Positions 1 through 9,576 of a stretch of 48,523 bases of DNA are shown here, one piece after another. Position numbers and translations under genes: made by a program. Each line of letters starts with the position of its first letter. The first letter of the stretch is position 1. Source of the DNA: Fistulifera solaris (lineage: Eukaryota); the NCBI GenBank assembly GCA_030295235.1, contig AP026142.1, positions 806,001-854,523 of the forward strand. The letters run 5' to 3'. Under the pieces are notes generated by a model, which saw nothing but the letters and a program-made list of their open reading frames with translations, was not told where the DNA came from and did no database searches.

Positions 1-1501
1 ATAGTGAAAAAGCCTTTTCCCACAGTTCTTGGATCCAAAAGTCGTAGACAGCCTACTCATAAGATTGTGAAATGTAGGCGCGGGCAGTAAGATATTCCTG
101 AACTTCCTTTAGCTCTAATTCGCCGAACTGTTTTACGCGCGTTTCAAAAAGCCTTCCACATCGTCATCGTGTTCACCCATTCCCAGCATCAAAGGGGAGA
201 TCTCGTCATTTTTAAGTCTTCGATTTCGTTTTTGCAACTTGTTGTCAGAGCTTGCGGAGCTCTTTGAAGTGCATCTTTATCTTTTGACAGTCGCTACTAC
301 AAGACCTCGCTACCTGACAACGTGAACACCGTTTGAGCCCCGAAGCGTCTCCAAGATAATTACAAGAATAACACTAGGGATGTTCTTTTAAACACGTATC
401 CTTCCCTTCGTAGTAAGCTTCAAAAAGGTGTTATGCTCTTGGAGGAAGGTGGGGGTCGAACAGCAAATCTGACATCTTCTTCTCGGCCTCATAGTCCAAT
501 CAGGATGTTAAGGTTTTCGAATAGAAATATTGCGCCGCTCTTTGGGAAGATTACAATGGAAACTTGGAGGAGAAGAGAGACACTTGCAACCATTTATTCG
601 CATCTTTTCTTCTCTGCTCGTCGTTGCGTCCTTCCCGTTTATATGTTTACGTGCGGTCGATCTCCACGGTGTCGTAGTGTGTCTCGATGGATTCTGCATT
701 GCAAGTGTACTTTTGTGGTTCACTTACATCTTCCATCGTCGCGCCTTTCGGCGATAAAGATGACGACGAAAAAGTCGTTCGACATTCTGGGTTTGCGCAG
801 AAGATAATATGAAGAGAGATCGCATAAAAGAAAGGCAAGGACTAATTTCAAGTGCTTTTTTTACTTTTACGATCGTATGAAAAGAGAATAGAGAATCACA
901 GGATGGAAGTGACTCAAAATCGTTCTGAACCTTGTTATTGCTCATCCGGGCCATCACGAAACGATTTGAATAATACCGATTTCGGGGTTCAACCGCCAAC
1001 CATTTCTCGAAAGAACACTTGGTTGTCTCTAGGCATCTCGATGTTGCAAGGATTCTGTAAGCCGAAGCGAAATTCATTGGCGAGCGATGAGGACAGCGAT
1101 GAGGACGACGATGATACTGGACTTTCCAGCATCACAACATTAGTGACTTGTCAACATTCTCCGAATTATTCCAATTGCTTTGTTTATGGTTCCAGACAAA
1201 GCATATTGGAGATCTGGGTAGCCGCATGCGTGCTCCTCGGATGGACGATACGCGTTCTTCAATACAAGGACACCTCTTTGGCTTTGACGTCGACTGTCGT
1301 CGCGAACAAGTTCTAGAGTTTCTCCGTATCATTCGCCCTCAGCGATACGCCGTTCTGCTGAATAAATCGAATAGCCATTTTAAATATATATGTAAGTAAT
1401 TTCTAACATGACTCTTTACGATTTATACACTTTGCGACGACAGCCGTTTATTCTCTCTCCCACTCGTTCGCTTGCTCGCCTCTCTAGACTACCTTTGTTT
1501 G

Positions 1502-1533
<32 letters not shown>
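1502..1533. repeat. (ATC/CAT)n microsatellite
   Basis: About 10.5 perfect ATC units are read directly; they explain the poly-His in spurious ORF 1408..1614. Confidence 0.95.
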
Positions 1534-1680
1534 ATGTTTTCATATTCAGATAATACGACCCCAGATTGTATAAAGTTTACATCACAAAAACGTACGGAGT
1601 ACTCCGTAATTTAGCTATCAAACAACATTGAGTCCAACAGCCGCATTTCGACGTTTCATCTTCCGTGTATCGGGTAACCG

Positions 1681-2373
1681 TCAAGTCATATCCGCTTGAA
1701 AAGATCCCGTCGTTGTCTCTCCTCCATTCATAGCAAGACTCATTGTAGCGGTCTCTTCTTTTGGTACTTTGACACCGTCCTTACCGACGTACAGGCACAA
1801 TGCATTCGTCAGCAACGCTGCAATCAACCAGAACATGCAACTGACTAAATCTGTTTTCATTGCTGTGATAGAAGTCTCTTCATCTTTGCGTGCAATATGT
1901 ACATAACTCAAGCAAATATCTAGAACTGCCCCAAGAAAGAATTCGACATCCGCCACTAATCGCAACCCTCGAATGGTTTGACTCTCGTCTTTTCTCTTTT
2001 TTACGTTGCGATACAAGAGTTGCAATGCTTCCAGCAGATAAAAATGCGTCGATGCCCAGTTGAACGCGACACTGGTATTACTTTTGGGTTCAGCAACGGC
2101 ACTAATGCAACCAAAAACACCCGCAAAAATGAGAGTAAGATGTAACCATGTGCGCGGTCGGTGATTGTAATAATCAAACGCCCCCACAATTACGAAACAA
2201 AAAGCACCCGCAAAAAGCAGCCCTCGACTATCACCCGACTCGATGGTTTCGTCTTTGTTGTTGATATTCTGTAGTTGCAAACCGGAACTGATGCAGTACA
2301 AAATCGACGCAAGAAGAAAGAATAGGTTGGAGGCCATGAGAAGGCGGAACGAATTAGGCGCCGATTTCGCCAT
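1681..2373 (-). CDS. Hypothetical polytopic membrane protein (230 aa, about 6 TM helices)
   Basis: The first real ATG of ORF 1681..2496 is at 2373 (MAKSAPNSF). There are six hydrophobic segments (e.g. SNLFFLLASILY, ADVEFFLGAVLD) with a recurring N/D-x(1-2)-F-F-L-(L)-G/A pattern reminiscent of YrhK-like helices. Confidence 0.75.
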   Translation of the reverse strand: MAKSAPNSFRLLMASNLFFLLASILYCISSGLQLQNINNKDETIESGDSRGLLFAGAFCFVIVGAFDYYNHRPRTWLHLTLIFAGVFGCISAVAEPKSNTSVAFNWASTHFYLLEALQLLYRNVKKRKDESQTIRGLRLVADVEFFLGAVLDICLSYVHIARKDEETSITAMKTDLVSCMFWLIAALLTNALCLYVGKDGVKVPKEETATMSLAMNGGETTTGSFQADMT

Positions 2374-3103
2374 TGCGCAAAAAAAATGATTGCTTAATTC
2401 AATTATATGACTGTTCAAGAAACCGACTATAGTTGCTGCAACACTTTCAAAAGAAGCAATGACAGGGAAAAGACCGTGTGAACGCAGAAAAGGCACGACA
2501 AGTCATTTGTCGCCAAATGGACGACGAAAAGACTTTTCGAGTTTGAACTTCGCTAAAATAGTACAACACAACGGAGGATACGGGTTGTCGATGACGTTGT
2601 TTCGTCGGAACCAGAATCCGTGAACGAACCACGTTTTGTCCCGAGTCGCCTACCGAAAATTACATGGATTTTTTTCTACATACGGAGTATTACTTTACGT
2701 CTTCGCTCTTCGTCGTGATAGAGAGTGATTAAAGCGCTCGAAATTGATACAACTTAATTTCGTGTTAGAAACGTCTTCCACCCATAGTCATAAACAATGG
2801 ATGTTAAAATTTGGCTTTATCTCGATTTATCACCATTAACAGCATTCCCAACTGATGCACTGTTCTTTGCGTCGAACCGCCGTCAGCGCTATGGTCTTGA
2901 GTACAAAGTATTCATTACAAGTGTAAACGAAAATTAACTACGACTGAATTTCAGTTATTAATCATTGGCTGCTGAGCCAATTGCTACCTCTAGTTAGTCT
3001 AATCATCACTACTTGTTCTCCTATCTTTCTTATCTAAAATAGTTCATTAAACGTAGCTGGTTAACTTTTTGCTGCATTTGCAATGTGTACATCGATTCTT
3101 AAC

Positions 3104-3367
3104 TATAGTTCGACACGCTCTAAAATAACAAATAACGAATACCGATATTCACGTTATAATAACGTATTATATCAAAGCCATTTTTCCCAATATCGATATT
3201 TGTCGATATTCGTACGCCTGACAGACAGATTTGTGGCATTTTACGCTAAAATCGCTGTATTTTGCGGGCGAAGACAGACGGTCGTCGATATTAATATCGG
3301 TTATTATATCGTATAATACGATATTGATATTAGTAAAAATCGAAATATCGATATTTGTCGAACTATA
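3104..3367. mobile_element. Non-autonomous hAT-type MITE (264 bp)
   Basis: Perfect 12-bp TIRs: TATAGTTCGACA (3104-3115) and TGTCGAACTATA (3356-3367). 8-bp direct flanks TTCTTAAC (3096-3103 and 3368-3375). The AT-rich interior has many CGATAT/ATATCG motifs. Confidence 0.9.
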
Positions 3368-3684
3368 TTCTTAACGTCAAATGATCAAAGGTTCAACTAC
3401 GAGCGACTGTAATGTTTGAGGAAAGTCTCACCGTGACTCTCGATTATTATTTAGATTTTCTTGACGAACACGGCTTCTCTCGCGTCTACTTACTGCTGCT
3501 TGCTGCTTGCTTACTGCTTTCAGAATAATCATCATCATCAGGTAAAGGTAAGGTGTGCGATCATCGCGACAGTGTGAGACAAAAAAGCTTTGCAGGCTTT
3601 TGTGGCACAATTAAAGGGTCTTTCTTCCTCTATTTGTATCCTTTTGCTTTGATTTTACATCGATCAAGCGAAACGAAACGTACC

Positions 3685-4251
3685 ATGACAACCGCATCGA
3701 CATCAGTGACGCTTACAAACGGCAGCGGCAGCGGCAGTCCTAACAAGTCGCCCCGAAAACATCTCATGCCTCCGGTTCTAAGGCGTTACTCGTCGGATAC
3801 TGAATTTGATGATCTTATGTCGAATGTCGATGCCGGAGATATGTGTGAGAATCTCGAACTACTTCAATTAGATGAAAATGAAGAGGGAGAAGAAGAAAAT
3901 GACAAGACGGACGGGTCCATGAGACACAGGCTCTCCTCGTTCAAGGGAGACAAGTCTCGTGGCCACAAACAGCATTCTTCGAACTGGTCGTTCTCGCTAG
4001 GTTCCTTCGATGACTCGTATTCGGAAGACGTTACGGCAGCTATGGAAGAACTTTCGATCGGATCATCGGTGCGGGATGATACGGACGTGGTGAATTTAAC
4101 CGGTGATTTTCTGTTGAATCTTCCAAAACGGACGAACAGCAACAGCAGTCAACACAATACTACCATAAGCAGTATCCACTCGAAATATCAGTCGTCCTTG
4201 CATGATGTCGACAGTGAAGCAGACGATGACGAAGACGATGAGCTCAAATAA
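3685..4251 (+). CDS. Hypothetical acidic Ser/Asp/Glu-rich, probably disordered protein (188 aa)
   Basis: ATG in ACC-ATG context at 3685 (MTTASTSV), open to TAA at 4251. The composition is biased but protein-like; no recognisable domain. Confidence 0.7.
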   Translation: MTTASTSVTLTNGSGSGSPNKSPRKHLMPPVLRRYSSDTEFDDLMSNVDAGDMCENLELLQLDENEEGEEENDKTDGSMRHRLSSFKGDKSRGHKQHSSNWSFSLGSFDDSYSEDVTAAMEELSIGSSVRDDTDVVNLTGDFLLNLPKRTNSNSSQHNTTISSIHSKYQSSLHDVDSEADDDEDDELK

Positions 4252-4660
4252 CAAAAGCAGAATCAGCAAGCGTTAGTTTCGATCGAAGAATCCAGGCGGT
4301 ATCGAATGCGCAAGGAAATTATGTAAGGAATTTGAGCGAACATGAAACTGGAGCGCATCATCTTGTATTATCACCACAGAAACACCTATGGTGGCTTAGA
4401 GAGTAGGTGCTACTCCTCAGTCAACAACATCTATCAAGTCGAAGATTGTAATATACGGAGTACGAATCTGATTTAGGTGCCGTTCGACTTTCGTGCGCCA
4501 TGCTTATCCAATGAGAGGAGATTGAGAAACTAGATTTCATTCCGATTGTGCACGTTGCTGATGCTTGTTGATTCGAAATGGCTGAAAGAATCTGATAATT
4601 TTGTGTTGCTAAACGATGGTCAATCTATGGCGACGTTGTTGAGATTATACTAATCTATGG

Positions 4661-7290
4661 TTAAAATTGAAGGCACGCTGGACACTTGCCAACGCATGTT
4701 TCCCAAGCACATCGCTCCTCCCAAGATATCTGGGGGTTATTCTTACAATCATCCGGACAAGTTTCGTCCGTAATACAATCGGAACATTGCGCACAGGAAT
4801 CCCACCCGCACTTGGAAGACCACGAATCAGGACTTGCAGAGCACCAGTCGCGACAGTTGCCGTATTTCGCCATCAAGAAAGGATCAAACTCAATAAACTT
4901 TCGAGTATTGGGCCACTTCTCCCAGTCAACCTGTATCGGCGTGCGCGGATGACACAAGTGCACAACGTACAGATCTCGCAACACATTCATGGCGTATCCC
5001 GCTCGATGTAGCTCGTGAAACCATGAAACCTTGTCGTACCCGTATCCACGGATGGCGGTCCAAAAGCGTGGAATTCCGGGTAAATAGCCGATGACATACG
5101 GCTCGTAGGCCAGCTCCCAGTCAATGGGATAGTAAGGCGCTTCCGTAAAGTTGTACCACTTCTCCGATTGTGTGGATCCTTGATTCTTGGGTGTGACATC
5201 GTGATAGATAACCCATGCTGCATTCTTCTCGACCATGTTTATAAGATCATGTTTGGACTTTGGCAAATCGCCTTCGGTTGCTGACTTTTCTGGGGCGTAA
5301 TTAATACCACCCGGGCAAACCTCAAATGCAGGTAACACAAACAGCGTTCGTTTCCGGCGCATCTTGTCGACGATTTGAGGATCTTTTCTCATCAGTCCCC
5401 TAATCGTGGCATGCGAATTCGGAGTGACTATCAGGTCAACATCAAGCAGCAAGAAATAATTGCTACCCGTGTTCTCAAGCGCCAAATTGCGAAGCGCATT
5501 GTAAGGATAAGTCCACTGTATAGAGGCTTCTGGGTACGGCGAGTAATCAACAATTTTTTCCATCAAGACGTGAATATTACTTGCTCGTAAGTGCCAACCA
5601 ATTGTGTGGTTCGATAGCCATGACGATATCAGGTCTACGTCTTCAGAACTTTGAATGTAAAGTGCGATCGAACCAGGTCCGTACCATTTTCGTAGGTTCA
5701 AAATAACATTGTCAAGTTTTGCTAGACTTGCAGAAGCTTGCATCGTGATCACTATATGATCGTCATCTTCGAGCTCAGTCTGTCGATGAATAAAATTGAC
5801 AAGGGTTTTACTTTGAGGCTTGGTGGAATTCAGCGACACGGCATGGCTCTCAAGTTTCTCCCAATGTTCCATTAGCTGATCTTTGTATGTTCGAGGAGTC
5901 CATACCTTCTCGGTCAACATCTTCTCACGCCACCAAATCTCCCAGTCCTTGACTAAGCTCCGGTTTGTTAGATCTTGGATGGTCTTTTCCATCGCATCCA
6001 CTGACGCAATTGTCATGGACTTGCCACTTTTGTGCGAGTTCCCATCGCGGGTTAGCCGACTACTGCATGTTGCCCGCGCCCACCAGTACTCGGTCTCGTA
6101 CTTGATCATGATACCTTCATGCTCCTGGCCACCGGCAAAGAATCCATCTGTCACGCATTTTCGAGGATGTTTTGTGAGTTATAATTGACGACGTACCACA
6201 CAACATTAATTCAAAGCACGAGGCTTGAAGATTCTCAAAGAGTTGACTTACAAGGAACGTCGCCAGTTCGGCGCATATCGCCGTCTTTTGCCATACATGT
6301 GAACATGTTACGCGGCGTACGATGCAATTGCAAATTGTGATGGTTCCACGCTGCTAATAGCAAATGCTCGGGAGATTCAATCGCATAAAATGTTTCATTG
6401 GAATAATCGTTTCGAAGGAAGGGCGGAAGCACATCCAGCGCGTCAAGAATGGAGTCCTTGCTCACGGTGAAGTGTCGATCGTTGATGGCTCCCCAGTCCT
6501 CGCCTTCAGGTACGACAATGGCATTCTTCGGGAAGTCGGATATGTCATATGGGCACATATAGAACTGGTCTGTTCGAGTAACGATGAACCGGTCGTACTT
6601 CTCGGTCAACTTCAGTTCGCGGATGTGTTCCGCCAACCAGTATCGCATCATGTTCTGAATGGCACCAGACGTTTTGTGTCCTTTCACGCCCCCAAGAACA
6701 CCTGCTTCTCTCGCTCGCCCTTGCACGCGAGGCTCAACATTTTCTCTCCATCCATCAATATTTAAAGTGTCTGGAAGTCTTTGATTAGAAGAAAAGTCAC
6801 AATCATGAAAAGCGTTACCTTAACTAAGAAACTCACCGAGAGCATCTCCCCAGTCATCGTATTCTTTCTCTCGGAAGACATACTTGGCTCTTTTCCAAAG
6901 GGACGCGTCGTTATACTTGTCGTCACTCGCACCAACCACTAGACCCAGGTCGGCTTGATTGAAGTCCAGTACATTTTTGTAAAGAGACTCCCACGCTGGT
7001 TCGCCGCAGCGAAGGTTTCCTATCAGGAATACAATGGTGCGATTCTCTTTTGCGGTTGCAAACGAAGCCCGTTCGGAGCAAAGATCATGCGCCTCATCAA
7101 AAATGTATTGCAAAGCCAACTTAAAATCAAAGCACCAATCAAAGCCAACAGAAAATTTCCTTTTTGTCCGTGTTTAAACTGGGACGAAACGCATCTTGTG
7201 AATGTCTCGATAACATTTATCAAAAGCATCAATACACGGAAGAAATGCTTCGTCCAAAGATGAGGCAAGTTTTTGCTTTCTCAAATGCAT
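4661..7290 (-). pseudogene. Glycosyltransferase paralogue A (unassigned N-terminal domain + GT49/LARGE-like domain + Cys/Trp repeats); 5' region disrupted as assembled
   Basis: GT-AG introns 6771-6836 and 6148-6251 join the three ORFs in frame. GT49-like motifs: YPYNALRNLA, FLLLDVD, FVLPAFE, YEPYV, GYGYDK, VVHLCH. The ATG at 7290 gives LDEAFLPCID..., homologous to copy B, but hits TAA near 7175, and the TM anchor lies in another frame. This is either a pseudogene or a sequencing error. Confidence 0.7.
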
Positions 7291-8223
7291 ACTATCGAAC
7301 GTTCGACGGTGGGGAGCAATGGTGAAGCCGATTAATGTTGCTTGCTAAAATCTATTGTTTGTCCTTCTTGTTGATTTTTTTATGATCATCTTGTAGACGA
7401 TATGAATTGCTCACATGAATATTAATGACGGTTGGAAAGCGATAAGCAGGTCACCTTGTTCGGTGAAGCACTGATGTAAAACGAGTCAACGTATCTTATG
7501 CAGAAACGATGACGCCAAAGTGACCAAATCAAACGTCTGACTACATTATTTGCAATTATGATTACCTACTCTTGGTCTCTGATGTTATGATTCATAACAG
7601 ATTCGAGACGCTGTGAAAAATTATTGTTGTAGATAGGTACCTGAGGTAAACCACGACTGTATACTCCGGTTACCTTAATTGTAACGAGTCGGTGGGTGTC
7701 ACTTGTAGTGGAGGTGAAATTCACGATCGATGAGGTTCTGCTTGTTTTGGAATTCGTTCTCGTATAGCGTTGAACCCGCTACGCAAACCAACTTGGATAT
7801 CGTCAACTTTACATTCCATGAGAAATCAATGCTCTTGTCGCTAAATGAGTCATGAAGTAATGTTCGCAAAGCCGTTAAAAACTAGACGGGTGGAGGACTG
7901 CATCACCGAAGGAAATTAGTTCAGTGTAATTGGTATCGTTCTTCTCCAATGAAAAGCTTCGTGCTGAGAGAACTGGTCCCATTTTAGAGCGGCAAATCAA
8001 GGATCTCCGCTCTATGATTCATTCAACTGGTTCGCTTTTTCGATACTGGATAGCATAATATTTTCATGCAATTACAAAAGCCGAGATAAAAAAGATACGT
8101 TGCATTTGTTGTGCTGAACCTGTCGATAATTGTTGCGTGAACCAGTAGTCCAATACGTCGTCAGCTTAGTTTTGACAATGGCGCTAGCCTTCAATAGAAA
8201 ATATAGATATCGAGACGCAACAT

Positions 8224-8598
8224 TTAGCATTTTTCTGTGAAAGAAATCACCGTTTTATCGTCAATTTTCTTCGACAGCTGAACCGATTCACCCAGCTGAT
8301 ACAAAGTCCACCCGAGAAGAAAGAGAGCTGATAGAAACAGCTCAAGGCCCAATGCTACTCGACTAAGCCGTGTTACTCCAGGTTGTGCCGTCACCACGAC
8401 TAGTCTTGACTTCAAAGCGTCGTCAATCTCACATTTGTTCTCCATTGCGACGAACGAATCTGTCACATTTGTTAGTCCTATCGGCGCACAAAATCCCTGG
8501 AGGAGCGCAAGCCGCAGCTGCTCAAATGGATGTTGTCGTGTTGTTTCGACATGGTCGTCGCCCTCTCGCTGACTGTCATCATCGTACAAGTCGTTCAT
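8224..8598 (-). CDS. Possible small hypothetical membrane protein or gene fragment
   Basis: 124-codon ATG-initiated ORF with an acidic N-terminus and one hydrophobic segment (VALGLELFLSALFLLGWTLY); no recognisable family. Confidence 0.3.
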   Translation of the reverse strand: MNDLYDDDSQREGDDHVETTRQHPFEQLRLALLQGFCAPIGLTNVTDSFVAMENKCEIDDALKSRLVVVTAQPGVTRLSRVALGLELFLSALFLLGWTLYQLGESVQLSKKIDDKTVISFTEKC

Positions 8599-9576
8599 CA
8601 TTGTTTAATTATGATTGACTAATGGAAGGTATGCATAACTCTACTTTCATTTACAAGTATCAACGCACCAAAGGTGACGGTCGCATTTTTTCGTTTAATC
8701 TTACTCCCTGCGCGTAGATTGTACGTGAATTGCGACGTAGCCGCCTTAGGAAATTTATCGAAGCAGAGAACCCGGAGTTTTATTTTTCCCTGTTGCACCA
8801 GAGTCAAATCTACTTCAACAAACACAATGATGCTTACTTGCGAGCAATGGGCAACATCTATTTTAGCTTATAACGTAGAAACAAACATAGATGCATTGCT
8901 TCGAAGGTCTTTTCCTTAGCTCTACATTGTAAAGCCATTAAAGTGTTTCTTGTCGTAACCAAGACTGCACGGCGGACGTGAGTCATGAATCGATAAAAGC
9001 CTTATCGCGCCGGATTACTTGTACAAGTAGAGTTGACTAACTCCCATCTCCTGTTTGTTTGTTTTTGTAATAGCATTGCCCAGTAACGAAGGTATTTTGA
9101 AAAAACATTTATCTTTTGTCGTAATTTGTTAAAAGTGCGTCGATTCTTCACTTCCATACCAGGTGCTGTATTCTCGCCAAAGTCTTCCTAAATTTGACAC
9201 GACTCATCGGGTTCAGTCATGAGTCATGAGCTTCGAACCATTGCGATAAATTAAGGTTGCACTGACATTCATTTCACTTCGTTTTTTTCGTTGCCGTGAA
9301 ATCGCAAATGCCGCTTTCGTGCTGCCAATATCTTTGTATCCCTTTTGCATCACATGTTCAACGTCACACGGGGGCTTCTTCTTGGCTTTCGTCGTAAACA
9401 AGGTCTCAAACTCGGTCAAATATCATTGAGAAATCGTGATTTGATGTTGTTGCCTTGAAACGAAAGCGGTTAGGTAATGACGTTGCCTACCAGTAGAGGA
9501 ATTATCTCGGTAATCATCGATACAAGCTACTAGCGAAATGTAGTAGTGCCTACAAAAAAGAGATTGCTATGTAAAA

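Noticed and set aside
433..1399. Overlapping ORFs including 852..1316 with an acidic stretch and a hydrophobic end
   Set aside because: Non-ATG starts or no recognisable motifs, and no convincing splice model. It may be a decayed gene but cannot be supported.
1408..1614. ORF with a poly-His run
   Set aside because: The His run is simply the (CAT)n microsatellite.
6779..6836. Alternative AAG acceptor for glycosyltransferase intron 1
   Set aside because: It gives an in-frame TAA within six codons; the CAG at 6771-6773 keeps the frame.
8619..9419. Short ORFs between the glycosyltransferase paralogues
   Set aside because: Short (under ~85 aa), non-ATG starts, no recognisable motifs.
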